This document shows positions 10,729 to 20,492 of a DNA stretch of 33,281 bases, piece by piece. Where the stretch lies: sequence record SRR20825006_316; one strand, 5' to 3'. Under the pieces are notes generated by a model. The model ran no database searches and was not told where the DNA came from. It was given only the letters and a program-made list of their open reading frames with translations. The translations under genes were made by a program, and so were the position numbers. The first letter of the stretch is position 1; every line of letters begins with the position of its first letter.

Positions 10729-11240
10729 TGCACCAGCACCCTGGTTTCGCCTTCAGCTGCATCCCTCAGGCTGGCGCCAAGTTTGCCCGCCAGATGCTCA
10801 CACGCTTCGCGCACGGCTCCCATACCGCCTGAACGCGCGGTAATAAAGTGCGCCAAGGCTTTCACATCATCCACAGCGTTCGCGGGCGCTATCGCGTACC
10901 CACAGGCTGCCATGGCGGCCATGTCGATCAGGTCATCTCCCATGAAGGCAACCTGATCAAGCGGGAGATCAAGCTCCGCACACAGCTCAGCCAATGCCCG
11001 AACCTTGTCCGCGCATCTGAGCCTGCGGTGCGTTATGCCAAGGTCGTCCAGCCTTCGCTCAAGCGGGCTACTGGTACGGCCGGAAATGACAGCCAGTTCC
11101 ACACCCAGTTTGTGCAACAGCTTGAGGCCAAGCCCGTCGTGCGCATGGAAGGCTTTGCTCTCTTCCCCATGGGCTGCGTAATAAAGCCGCCCATCGGTCA
11201 GCACACCGTCTACATCCAGCACAAAAAGGCGGATCGTCAT
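10725..11240 (-). CDS. kdsC: Kdo 8-phosphate phosphatase (HAD, KdsC/YrbI)
   Basis: LDVDGVLTDG, FMGDDLID and GGMGAVRE motifs. Lies between kdsA and kdsB. Confidence 0.93.
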   Translation of the reverse strand: MTIRLFVLDVDGVLTDGRLYYAAHGEESKAFHAHDGLGLKLLHKLGVELAVISGRTSSPLERRLDDLGITHRRLRCADKVRALAELCAELDLPLDQVAFMGDDLIDMAAMAACGYAIAPANAVDDVKALAHFITARSGGMGAVREACEHLAGKLGASLRDAAEGETRVLVQ

Positions 11241-11244
11241 TGCG

Positions 11245-12087
11245 TTACTCCGTCACCAGTGGCGGGAAGCTTTTGGAAAGATCATCAACCGCCTTCATCT
11301 GCACAAGATAGCCTTCAAGCTTATCAAGGGGAAGGGCGCACGGGCCATCGCACAGCGCCTCGTCCGGGTTGGGGTGTGCTTCAATAAATAGCCCAGCGAT
11401 ACCAAGCGCCATACCAGCACGCGCCAGTGCGGCTGCCTGCTCGCGCCTGCCGCCGGCGCTATCGGTTTGCCCGCCGGGGCGCTGCAACGCATGTGTGGCG
11501 TCAAACACTACCGGCGCCATGGTTTTCATCAGGTCCATGCCCAGCATGTCCACAATCAGGTTGTTATAGCCAAAACAACTGCCCCGCTCGCACAGCATCA
11601 CATCCGCATTGCCGCTTTCGGCAAACTTTTTGATGATGTGCCGCATCTCTTCCGGCGCCAGAAACTGCGGTTTTTTCACATTGATTACCGCGTCTGTAGC
11701 CGCCATGGCACGCACAAGGTCTGTTTGCCGCGCAAGGAAGGCGGGCAACTGGATCACATCGGCGACCTCAGCCGCAGGCGCGGCTTGGTCAGGCTCATGC
11801 ACGTCTGTGATAACCGGTACACCGAATTTGGATTTGATGTCGGAAAGCAAACGCAGGCCTTTATCCAGCCCTGGCCCCCGGAAGCTATGCACACTGGAGC
11901 GGTTCGCTTTATCAAACGACGCCTTGAAAACATAGGGAATGCCAAGCCTTGAGGTGACCTCAACAAAATGCGCTGCCACTTCAAACGCAAGCTCATCGCT
12001 CTCCAGCACATTCATACCGCCAAACAGAACAAAGGGAGCCTCATTTGCAACCCGAATGTTTGCGCCGATAGAGACAGAACGAACCAT
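11245..12087 (-). CDS. kdsA: Kdo 8-phosphate synthase
   Basis: [29 protein letters not shown] and [14 protein letters not shown] motifs. Confidence 0.97.
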   Translation of the reverse strand: MVRSVSIGANIRVANEAPFVLFGGMNVLESDELAFEVAAHFVEVTSRLGIPYVFKASFDKANRSSVHSFRGPGLDKGLRLLSDIKSKFGVPVITDVHEPDQAAPAAEVADVIQLPAFLARQTDLVRAMAATDAVINVKKPQFLAPEEMRHIIKKFAESGNADVMLCERGSCFGYNNLIVDMLGMDLMKTMAPVVFDATHALQRPGGQTDSAGGRREQAAALARAGMALGIAGLFIEAHPNPDEALCDGPCALPLDKLEGYLVQMKAVDDLSKSFPPLVTE

Positions 12088-12227
12088 GCTTTCCCCCAGA
12101 AGTCTTATAGGAAACCTTTGAAATAGTGATAGCCATGGCTACCCCGCGCAGGTCCAAAGCGCAAGGTGGTTTTACCCCCACAACCTATATAACCCCGAAC
12201 TAAAACAGGGGCTGTTGCCGGGCGGCA

Positions 12228-13055
12228 TTACCTGAAGAGGGAAAGGATCGAAGACGGGCTTTGGTTCGCGATGGAAAGCGCCTGCAGGCCAAGCTGCTGT
12301 TTCACCTGCAAGGCTTGCAGGTTTGCCGCCTCTTTGGCGAGGTCTGCGTCCACCAGATTGCCGATGCCAACTTCAATGGTATCCGAGAGTTTGGCGACAA
12401 ATGACTTCTGGATCGCAATGCGCTTCGCCCCCGCACCAAACTGAGACAGCACAGAGTTTACGCTATCAATGGCGGCGGCGATTTGGTCAACCGCCACAGA
12501 CGCCGCCCCCTGGCTATCAATCACTTGTGTGGCGCTGAGGGATACGTTTGAACCGCCAAGCGAAAGATCCTGCGCGGAAATAGCGAGGTTTTTATCCCCG
12601 CTTGGGTCCGTGATCGCACTGATGGAGCGCCCACCCGATTTAACCGCGTTCACGCCGTTAAATTCAGCATTCTCGATGATGGAAGATATCTGGTCCCTGA
12701 GCTGGGCAAAATCCTGGCTGAGCGCGGCACGGCTGGCTGTATCAAGCCCGCTATCTTTTGCGGCCACGGCCTTTTCTTTCATCTGAATAAGGAGGTCAGA
12801 CACCGCTTCGGCCGCCGCGATCGCCACATCAAGGCTGGAGCTTGCCCGCGCGAGGGAACCCTTCACGGCGCTGAGGCCGCTTACATCTGCGCGCAGATTT
12901 TGGGCAATAGCAAAGGTAGCCGCGTCATCTTTCGCGGAGGAGACCTTGAGGCCTGTGTTGATGCGTGTCTGCACCTCGCCAAGCATTTTGTTGGTTTTGT
13001 GCAGGTTCTGAAGCGCAACAAACGCGCCCGCATTAGTGTTTACCGAGTAAGACAT
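12228..13055 (-). CDS. Flagellin (short, Caulobacter-type)
   Basis: N-terminal SVNTNAGA...RINTGLKVSSAKDDAA and C-terminal GNLVDADLAKEAANLQALQVKQQLG...ANQSPSSILSLFR. Confidence 0.96.
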   Translation of the reverse strand: MSYSVNTNAGAFVALQNLHKTNKMLGEVQTRINTGLKVSSAKDDAATFAIAQNLRADVSGLSAVKGSLARASSSLDVAIAAAEAVSDLLIQMKEKAVAAKDSGLDTASRAALSQDFAQLRDQISSIIENAEFNGVNAVKSGGRSISAITDPSGDKNLAISAQDLSLGGSNVSLSATQVIDSQGAASVAVDQIAAAIDSVNSVLSQFGAGAKRIAIQKSFVAKLSDTIEVGIGNLVDADLAKEAANLQALQVKQQLGLQALSIANQSPSSILSLFR

Positions 13056-13151
13056 TCTGCCTTCTTTCAGCCCTATAGGCCCATACCCAATTCAGAGTAT
13101 ACCACACTCGCTCATCACCAGTAGCGTGAAAGTGCGCGGCCTATCTGGCCG

Positions 13152-13907
13152 TCACGCGCTTTCCACCTTATTCTTAAGTGGGTCAGGTCGTCGTTCCATC
13201 GGCTGGATATCGCAATCCAGATCAATAGCAACGTTTTCTGACGCAACAAGCGCTATCATCAACTGGTGCTCAGGTACAAAATGAAAGTAAATCATGGCAT
13301 TTTCACGGCCCTTTGGCGTGGGTGCCGCAAGTTTTGGTGGCCGGGCAGTCAAATCCACCTGAATATTGCGCAGGTAAGGCATCAACTTGCCGTCTTCCAT
13401 CTTCACGAATGCCTCACGGATAGACCAAAGCGTGAAAAACAGCATGCGGCCAATCTCATTCGACATGTTGGATAGAAGCACCCAGTCCTCTGGCGGGAAA
13501 CGGCGTTCCGCCACCCGACGCCAATCTACCACCGGGTCAAGCTGCTGGATATCAATGCCGATAGGCGTGGTCTCAGAGACCACAACGGCAGAAATCCCCT
13601 CCTCTGCCGCCCCGGTATGGGAGACAGAGAAGAAAGGCGGTTCATCATCTGAGAAACCCTCAATGCGAACCCTGCCCGCGCCTTCCTGGGTGAGCGGCAC
13701 GGCGCCCGGCAGCAAGCCCATATATTCACCAAGGGATGCCCTGAGCATACGGCGGGCGGTGACAAACGCAGGCCGCGCACCTTCATGCATCCTGGCGAGG
13801 CGTTCGTGCTCAGTTGCAGACAGGTCTTCCTGGCCTGAAAGCGCCGGGTCTGCTGCCCTCACCTTCAAGGTCACCGTCTCGCGCAACTTGTCTTGCTCGT
13901 CAGCCAT
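13152..13907 (-). CDS. Sfp-type 4'-phosphopantetheinyl transferase
   Basis: FSVSHT, IGIDIQ and WSIREAFVK (variant of GxDxE / WxxKEAxxK). Confidence 0.8.
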   Translation of the reverse strand: MADEQDKLRETVTLKVRAADPALSGQEDLSATEHERLARMHEGARPAFVTARRMLRASLGEYMGLLPGAVPLTQEGAGRVRIEGFSDDEPPFFSVSHTGAAEEGISAVVVSETTPIGIDIQQLDPVVDWRRVAERRFPPEDWVLLSNMSNEIGRMLFFTLWSIREAFVKMEDGKLMPYLRNIQVDLTARPPKLAAPTPKGRENAMIYFHFVPEHQLMIALVASENVAIDLDCDIQPMERRPDPLKNKVESA

Positions 13908-13986
13908 TACTATCCGCTCTCATAACGCCCAAATCAGATTCTGCCATATAAAACAGGCAATTCCAACGTTTCAAGCCCATGATGCC

Positions 13987-14022
13987 AAAACAAAACGCCC
14001 CACACCTTGTGCGGGGCGCTTT
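13987..14022 (-). terminator. Intrinsic terminator of the metalloprotease gene
   Basis: Minus strand GCGCCCCGCAC-AAG-GTGTGGGGCGT followed by TTTGTTTT. Confidence 0.75.
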
Positions 14023-14045
14023 CTACCGTACATACGGTGATTTCG

Positions 14046-16463
14046 CTAGAAGGTATAATCGACTGTTGCGAGGTTTGCGGTTGTGAGGCCAATGAGGAAG
14101 ATGCTGTCGCCGCCGCCGGTGTCGATCATCACGCCTGCTTCACCACTCACCGTTGTGTTTGTGGCCGCTGCCTGCACACTTGCCGCTGAGGTAAAATCGG
14201 TTGTTGTGCCGCTCAGGTCCAGCAGGTCATTGCTGGTACTGAAATCTGTGACCACATCGTCACCATGGCCTGAGGTGAAGATAAGCTCATCACTTCCACC
14301 ACCGGTGTTGATCTCGTCGTCCCCCGTGCCGCCGGTGATGGTATCATCACCAGAGCCGCCCCACAGCTCATCACTGCCGGAGCCGCCGTCAATCACATCA
14401 TCTTCCGTGCCGCCAAAGATAAGATCATCCCCTGCATCACCAGAGACACTATCATCCCCCGTGCTGCCATAAACACTGTCGTTGCCGGCGCCGCCAGAAA
14501 GGGTATCCCTGGCGTCTGATGCCACACCCTTGCCGCCATACACCCGGTCATTACCACCAAAGCCGTATACAGCGTCATCCCCCGGCCCGCCGCGCACAGT
14601 ATCAGCGCCGCCGCCGCCATAGACAAAGTCGTCTTCAGAGCCACCCCACTGGAAGTTATCGCCATCACTTGCCGAGGTAACAATCTCATCCACTTCAACC
14701 ACCCCGTCACCGTCGTCATCCCATGACGTGCCGATCACGGTATCGTTGCCGCTGGAGCCATACATCACATCAGCCCCGTTCTGGCCAACGCTGTTTGACG
14801 AGAAGAAGGAGGCGTCAGCCCCGTCACCGATCAGAAGGTCAGCCCCGTCCCCGCCACCGATATAATCATCACCTTCATCACCGCGCACGGTGTCATTACC
14901 GTCACCACCTGCGTAGATGCGGTCATCCCCCGATCCGGCTTCGGCGATATCGTCACCGTCATTACCGCGCAGGAAGTCAGCCCCTGAGCCGCCATAAAGC
15001 GTGTCATCACCCTCGTTACCACGCAAGGTATCATCGCCCGAGCCACCGCTCAGCATATCGCCACCAGCCTGACCGCGCATGTTGTCGTGCCCGCCGCCGC
15101 CGGTGAGTACGTTTGCAGCGCTATTGCCGGTAATTCGGTCACTGCCCGACCCACCGATAGCGTTCTCGATCGTAACCTCAGGTGGCGTGTAAACGGTGTC
15201 TGTCTTCGCGGAATTTGGGCCACCGTCGCGGTAGAGCGTGATGGTGGTGCCAACATCGCTCCAGCTACCGGGGGTCAGGTCAAGGTCGAGGCCTGTGGTT
15301 TGGGAGGATGCGTCATAAGTATCTGTGCCGCCCGTGTCCCAAATGGTTTCATAATACTGGGTGCCATTACTGAAGGTATATGTGGTGTTACCCACCTCAT
15401 TTTCCGCCTCACCATACAGGTGCTGAAGCGCGAGGATATCAAGATACATGTAGCTTGTGGGGTAGAAACTCGCGCCTGCAATATCTTCATCTTCAATGGA
15501 GACATTGTATGACATCACCGTATATTCCAGCCCGTCATACGCTGACGAAAGGATAACGCCGGAACCATCGTCATCAAACGGGTGCTTGAGCCCCATCGCG
15601 TGGCCAAGTTCATGCGTCAGCACAAGCTGAAAATATGAACCACGGCCTCCGGTTGACTGATTCTCGCTCACAATCCATATATCGCCTGCGGTGACCGTGC
15701 CGTAGGGCGTGTAAGCGTATGCCGCCGAATCTGCATCGGGTTCGTCTGTCCAGGTTACTCGGATGGTCCCTGCTGATGAGGTGTTATCATCTACCTCCTC
15801 AAAGGTAACTGCCGCGAAACTTTCGATCTGAGACAGGGCATCTTTGAAAAGGTTTTCTTCCGATGTCGTCAGGAAACTGATGCCATTCCAGGGTTCGCCG
15901 TCACCGTCCTCAGGGCCATAACCGCCATTTGACGATGTTGACCACGCGCTGGACGCGTTTGGAAAACTGTAGGTGACGGTCGTTGTCGCCGCGCCCAGAA
16001 CGTTCTGGTAGCGGAACAGATCGAGAAGGCTGTCTACCCTGTCGTCACCCGTGATATCCACCTGATCCACCACCGCATTGGTGGTTGGCGACGGGGCTTC
16101 CGCTTCATATTCTTCAAGCGATATTTGATACGTGCCGGTCTCGGTTTCCCAACCACCCGCTGAGACATAATAGGTACCGCTTGTGTTGGGCGTGAACACC
16201 AGCTGGCTGTTGCGGCTTCCAGCACCGTCATCGTCAAACCGGTTCAGGGAGGTGCCGCTGGCGTTATAGAGCCCCTTGATGAAAGGGTCGACAAGGGTGC
16301 CGTCACCAATTGTTGAGCCCGTCATCTGGATGGCATAGGTCACACCCGCCTGCAGTGTTACTGCAACCCAGTCTTCGTCGCCTGCTACCTCGATCTCACC
16401 ATTATAGGTGCCACCAAACGCCAGCGTTGCTGTTGTGCTTGTATTATTGGGAACATCAACCAA
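14046..16463 (-). CDS. Serralysin-like M10B zinc metalloprotease with N-terminal PPC-like domain and RTX Ca2+-binding repeats
   Basis: HELGHAMGLKHP (HExxHxxGxxH), TVMSY Met-turn, TIWDTGGTDT, TIENAIGGSGSD and many GGxGxD nonapeptides. TTG start with upstream GGTGAGGG. Confidence 0.92.
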   Translation of the reverse strand: MVDVPNNTSTTATLAFGGTYNGEIEVAGDEDWVAVTLQAGVTYAIQMTGSTIGDGTLVDPFIKGLYNASGTSLNRFDDDGAGSRNSQLVFTPNTSGTYYVSAGGWETETGTYQISLEEYEAEAPSPTTNAVVDQVDITGDDRVDSLLDLFRYQNVLGAATTTVTYSFPNASSAWSTSSNGGYGPEDGDGEPWNGISFLTTSEENLFKDALSQIESFAAVTFEEVDDNTSSAGTIRVTWTDEPDADSAAYAYTPYGTVTAGDIWIVSENQSTGGRGSYFQLVLTHELGHAMGLKHPFDDDGSGVILSSAYDGLEYTVMSYNVSIEDEDIAGASFYPTSYMYLDILALQHLYGEAENEVGNTTYTFSNGTQYYETIWDTGGTDTYDASSQTTGLDLDLTPGSWSDVGTTITLYRDGGPNSAKTDTVYTPPEVTIENAIGGSGSDRITGNSAANVLTGGGGHDNMRGQAGGDMLSGGSGDDTLRGNEGDDTLYGGSGADFLRGNDGDDIAEAGSGDDRIYAGGDGNDTVRGDEGDDYIGGGDGADLLIGDGADASFFSSNSVGQNGADVMYGSSGNDTVIGTSWDDDGDGVVEVDEIVTSASDGDNFQWGGSEDDFVYGGGGADTVRGGPGDDAVYGFGGNDRVYGGKGVASDARDTLSGGAGNDSVYGSTGDDSVSGDAGDDLIFGGTEDDVIDGGSGSDELWGGSGDDTITGGTGDDEINTGGGSDELIFTSGHGDDVVTDFSTSNDLLDLSGTTTDFTSAASVQAAATNTTVSGEAGVMIDTGGGDSIFLIGLTTANLATVDYTF

Positions 16464-16677
16464 AACCAGACCCTCACCTTTTGGGTATTCAGCCGCCGCC
16501 CAAAGGGCTGACCATCACAGTTCATCATTGAATAGCAGGTGGCATGCCTGTCAACTGCCTAATGAGAACTCTCTATACCTCCGCCACCTTCACCTTATAC
16601 GGTCGCCGCTTAAAAAAACGTTGCCGATCCTGGATTTTTTAACAAAAACACGCCCTTTTCAGGGCGGGCAGTAAACG

Positions 16678-16704
16678 AAAAAAAGCGCCGCCCGAAGGCG
16701 GCGT
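16678..16704 (-). terminator. Intrinsic terminator of the RTX protein gene
   Basis: Minus strand ACGCCGCC-TTCG-GGCGGCGC followed by TTTTTTT. Confidence 0.85.
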
Positions 16705-16758
16705 CATAGTTGCTCTTAAGGGGGATCAACCTGCCTCGGATAAGCCTGGGTAGCGACC

Positions 16759-17832
16759 TTAGTAGATCACGTCCAGATCGTGCAGTTCATCCCATGATAT
16801 TCCTGTCAGGAATATGCTGTCGCTCGCTGTCGTCTCAATCACCACGCCCCATGTGCCGCCCACATAAGCGTCGTATGAATAATATTCCAGGTCGTCGAGA
16901 TCATCGATATCACCAACCCCGCTGAGCACAAGCGTGTCTTCGCCGATATAGAAGTCTTCAACGATGTCATCACCGTCACCGTCACGGAAGATGAAATAGT
17001 CCTCGCCATAACCGCCATAGATGATGTCATCGCCCGCACCGCCGATCAGGTCGTCGTCTCCATCATCACCCCAAAGGGTATCCCAGCCCGAACCGCCATA
17101 GATCAGATCGTCACCACTGTTGCCAGTAGCAACATCGTCACCGGAGCCGCCATAGATCGTATCGTGGCCACTGCCGCCGAACAGATCGTCCCAGCCGGAA
17201 CCACCGCCCATGCGGTCATTGCCCGAGCCACCATATATGTCGTCATCGCCGGAGCCGCCCCAGGCCGAATCGTCACCGCTGCCGCCATCAATCGTATCGT
17301 AGCCTGTGCCGCCAAAAAGCCGATCGTCATCGCCCCAGCCAAAGATGTCATCATCGCCTGAGCCACCGCCGATGGTATCGCGGAAATTACCGCCGACAGC
17401 CACGTCATCCCCAGAACCACCCCAGATTTCATTCTCAGGGGCCAGCGTAAGATTGCTACTGGCGATCGCTTCGCCCGACACAGCCTCACCAATGTCATAC
17501 TTGCCGTTGTCGTTCACGCGGCTATCATCCCAGCCACCACCAATGAGCGTGTCGTTTCCCCAGCCGCCGATCAGCGTATCACGGCCCTCATATTGCGGCG
17601 CATCGGGCACAACCGCCACAAAGAAGTTGTCGTCGCCGTACCAGTCAATATCAAAATAGTAGCCGTCGTCCATGCCGCCGCCGATGATGAAATCATCACC
17701 GCCCGCACCTTTCAGCAGATCATCTCCGCTGCCGCCCACGAGGAAATCGTCACTCCATGAGCCCCGGAAATTGCTGTGTTCGCCCGAGCCGTTAAAAACT
17801 ATCCGTCCGTCTACAACATTATAAAAAGCCAT
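16759..17832 (-). CDS. Acidic RTX-repeat (hemolysin-type) calcium-binding protein, probable T1SS substrate
   Basis: About 15 GGxGxDxhx repeats, no signal peptide, typical C-terminal GDDIVEDF..GED cap. Confidence 0.88.
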   Translation of the reverse strand: MAFYNVVDGRIVFNGSGEHSNFRGSWSDDFLVGGSGDDLLKGAGGDDFIIGGGMDDGYYFDIDWYGDDNFFVAVVPDAPQYEGRDTLIGGWGNDTLIGGGWDDSRVNDNGKYDIGEAVSGEAIASSNLTLAPENEIWGGSGDDVAVGGNFRDTIGGGSGDDDIFGWGDDDRLFGGTGYDTIDGGSGDDSAWGGSGDDDIYGGSGNDRMGGGSGWDDLFGGSGHDTIYGGSGDDVATGNSGDDLIYGGSGWDTLWGDDGDDDLIGGAGDDIIYGGYGEDYFIFRDGDGDDIVEDFYIGEDTLVLSGVGDIDDLDDLEYYSYDAYVGGTWGVVIETTASDSIFLTGISWDELHDLDVIY

Positions 17833-17919
17833 TGGGTATCCCCCGGTAAGTGTCGTTTCATTTTATGCGAGGCAGTTATACCGCCATCTCCTTGTGTCAC
17901 CCTTATGGCAGGGGTCGCC

Positions 17920-17935
17920 TGAACCAAAAATGAAC
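17920..17935 (-). promoter_or_regulatory. Candidate OmpR/PhoB-family response-regulator box
   Basis: Direct repeat GTTCA-N6-GTTCA (11-bp period) on the minus strand, about 90 bp upstream of the RTX gene. Confidence 0.4.
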
Positions 17936-17970
17936 GTAGATGTATGGTTTTTGTTATAATCCAAAACGAC

Positions 17971-17995
17971 AAAAGCCCCCAAATAAGGGGGCTTT
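17971..17995 (-). terminator. Intrinsic terminator (possibly bidirectional)
   Basis: AAAAGCCCCC-AAATAA-GGGGGCTTT. Confidence 0.75.
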
Positions 17996-18091
17996 CATGG
18001 TCACAGCTTTATAAACTTGTCCTCGCAGGCCGTGATCGGCTCTTGAGCGTTAGACGGTGCTGCGCATTAAAAGGTTCGCAGGCACCCTATC

Positions 18092-18667
18092 CTATTTTGA
18101 GCGGCGCTTGTTGCGCATCGCGTCCCGTTCTGCGTCGGTGCCGATAAATTCGTCCACATCCATCACGCGCCTGAGCTCGTCCACCAGGCGTTCGAGCTTC
18201 CTGCGGTCTTCAAACCCGCGGCACCCCGTGTACCACTGCACAGATTTATTAATCTCTGCGGTACGCACCTCGATTGTCACCGTTGGGTGGTCTGTTGCCG
18301 GCATCTTGCACGACATGCGATCATAGGCGCCATCAAGCTCGGTGAATTTTTGCATTCTCAGGGTTTCAAGAACTTCCAGAAACTGCCCAACGCTGCGTTG
18401 AGCCAGATGCTGACCACTAAGTTTCGAGAATCGGTTCCCGTGGAAGGTGATACGCCCATCGCCCCTGATGGTCAGGTCATACACCGGGCAGGCACCAAAG
18501 CACGGGCCTTCGCTCAATTTCACATAATGCATTGGGCTTGGATCGCGCGCCACGTCACCCACTCCATCCGCCGCATCACTGGTGCCATCGCCACCGGTCG
18601 CGCAGGCAGCAAGCATTAAAGCAACCACCGTGACGGAAAACATCTTGGTATAACGTGAAAAACGCAT
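18092..18667 (-). CDS. Lipoprotein, DUF6438-like
   Basis: Lipobox LAAC. GPCFGACPVYDLTI.GDG and TDHPT motifs. Confidence 0.75.
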   Translation of the reverse strand: MRFSRYTKMFSVTVVALMLAACATGGDGTSDAADGVGDVARDPSPMHYVKLSEGPCFGACPVYDLTIRGDGRITFHGNRFSKLSGQHLAQRSVGQFLEVLETLRMQKFTELDGAYDRMSCKMPATDHPTVTIEVRTAEINKSVQWYTGCRGFEDRRKLERLVDELRRVMDVDEFIGTDAERDAMRNKRRSK

Positions 18668-18747
18668 GGCATATCCTTCCGCGCCCTATTTAGCACGAGC
18701 GCGAGGTAAACCAATGCAAAGTTTCACAAAATTTCACGCAGCCGCTG

Positions 18748-19287
18748 TCAGGCAACACGCATGTCTCGGACGTCAGGCACGCCATATCCAACATCAACAA
18801 AATAGCTAAAATGCATCTCACCGTTCACGATCGTGGTGGTATCGCCCAGCAGGCCATACATATGGCGGGCTGCGGCAAAATCAGTGATCGAGACAAGCTG
18901 TCGCCCGCGCTTGGATACAACAGGCAGATAAAGTGTTTCATGCTTCAACTTGTTGCCAGACGACTTCTCAAGCGTGCGGCTAACATGGATGCCGCAGGGC
19001 TGGTTAAGCGCCGCCAAAGCTTCCTCACACGACAGGTTCGCACCAAACTTGAGGCTCATGGTGCCGCTTGACGCGCCCACCACATTACGGCCCCATATAT
19101 GGTCAATTGCCGTACCCGACTGCACAACAACAAGTTCACCATGCTCACCGGCCCTCAGCGCCATAAAGCGCGAGGTAAGCGCACCCAGCCGCGACAACGT
19201 GAAATCAGCGCGGTCAGGCAAGCTGTCCGATGTATTAAATTCTTCCCAGATCGCGGCCAGCCGCGATGCGCCTCCCCCAAGGCTCAT
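18748..19287 (-). CDS. Stand-alone PAS_5-type domain protein (paralog 1, most divergent)
   Basis: W..LPDRADF..., SGTAID..WG, QPCG, ETLYLP and C-terminal FVDVGYGVP. Start placed at ATG 19287. Confidence 0.7.
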   Translation of the reverse strand: MSLGGGASRLAAIWEEFNTSDSLPDRADFTLSRLGALTSRFMALRAGEHGELVVVQSGTAIDHIWGRNVVGASSGTMSLKFGANLSCEEALAALNQPCGIHVSRTLEKSSGNKLKHETLYLPVVSKRGRQLVSITDFAAARHMYGLLGDTTTIVNGEMHFSYFVDVGYGVPDVRDMRVA

Positions 19288-19518
19288 TTCCAGTTTCAAA
19301 CGCAAACTCCATACACATACCAAACCAACTACCGGACCCCCGTACGGCGCTGCCAGCACACGGGCAGATTCGCTGATTTCCGCGCATATTATATTTCTGG
19401 ACTTCAGAGTCTAGGGACGGTTAAAATTTTATCTAATTTTGAGAATTTGTTTACCCTAATCACCACATCTGCTGCCAACATGAAAAATTAACGCGACACA
19501 CCGCCACATGCCCAATTC

Positions 19519-19533
19519 TTAACTTTTTGTTAT
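19519..19533. promoter_or_regulatory. Candidate CtrA box
   Basis: TTAA-CTTTTTG-TTAT (TTAA-N7-TTAA with one mismatch) in the AT-rich divergent intergenic region. Confidence 0.4.
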
Positions 19534-19643
19534 TATCCTGCTGCGAGAACAGAAGCGCACAATCTCACCTTAACGCGTGGCGAGTTGTCGCAAAAAAATC
19601 GTGCTACGCTATATGTATGTTCCCCTGTGTAAAGAGGTTCCCC

Positions 19644-20492
19644 ATGGACCAAGAATCCGCTCAGACCATCACCGACCAACCCGCAACACCGGCGGACAAG
19701 AATACACTCCCAAGTGGCCCCCGTATCCTTGTGGTGGAGGATAACCCGGTGATGGCCAGCATAATGGGAAAATTGCTTGGCCGGTTTGAAGCACGCTTTG
19801 ACGTTGTCGCCAACGGGCTGGAGGCTATTGATGCTGCAAAAGAAGCTGATTACGACCTTATCCTGATGGATATCCTGATGCCCACGCTTGGCGGTGTGCG
19901 CTCTACGCAAGCCATCCGCAAGCTCTCAAGCCACTATGAAAACATTCCGATCATTGCGGTCACCGCACGAGTGTCTGAGCGCGCCGAAGAAGAATACCTG
20001 GCTGAAGGCATGACCGGCATGATCAAAAAACCCATCAACCGGGTGAACCTGTCGGAAGCACTGCGCACCCATTTGGGCCTTGAGGAAAACATCCCCATCT
20101 CAATAGAAAGTGAAAGCGCCATTCATGACAGGGACGACCTTGATGCGCTTAACTGGGAGGTCTTTAACGAATATCGGTCATTGCTGGGGGACAGCTTTAT
20201 GGGCTTCCTCAAGGACTATCTGACCGTAGGGCCGAACATGCTGTCTGATATTGGAGATGCTATCACCGCAGATGATGCACCACGCATTCAGTTCCTCGCG
20301 CACAAGCTCAAATCAACCGCTCAGGTGTTTGGCGCAGAAAGCGCGGCAGATCTCGCCGCCCAGCTTGAGATCATGGGTAAAAATAACGAGACCGGCCCCG
20401 CCCCGCAGATATTTCATGAGCTTCATATCGCTTATGAACGCACTCAGCGCGCCCTGCGTAAAAAATATATCCTGATGCAGAACATGGGGTAA
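19644..20492 (+). CDS. Response regulator receiver domain fused to an Hpt domain
   Basis: ILVVEDN, LILMD (phospho-Asp), AVTA, KKP, and C-terminal LAHKLKSTA..FGA (Hpt His). Start at ATG 19644. Confidence 0.9.
   Translation: MDQESAQTITDQPATPADKNTLPSGPRILVVEDNPVMASIMGKLLGRFEARFDVVANGLEAIDAAKEADYDLILMDILMPTLGGVRSTQAIRKLSSHYENIPIIAVTARVSERAEEEYLAEGMTGMIKKPINRVNLSEALRTHLGLEENIPISIESESAIHDRDDLDALNWEVFNEYRSLLGDSFMGFLKDYLTVGPNMLSDIGDAITADDAPRIQFLAHKLKSTAQVFGAESAADLAAQLEIMGKNNETGPAPQIFHELHIAYERTQRALRKKYILMQNMG

Noticed and set aside
14046-17832. Repetitive GCCGCC/ATCGTC-rich DNA as a possible repeat array or CRISPR
   Set aside because: Explained by GGxGxD RTX coding repeats. No identical repeats with unique spacers and no cas genes.
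17996-18091. Long 3' UTR with an imperfect hairpin after the DUF6438-like gene
   Set aside because: Weak pairing and no independent promoter evidence. Not enough to call an sRNA.
19527-19643. N-terminal extension of the REC-Hpt ORF (similarly 27454-27582 for AraC and 30532-30579)
   Set aside because: Unnatural composition overlapping promoter DNA. The downstream ATGs fit domain boundaries better.
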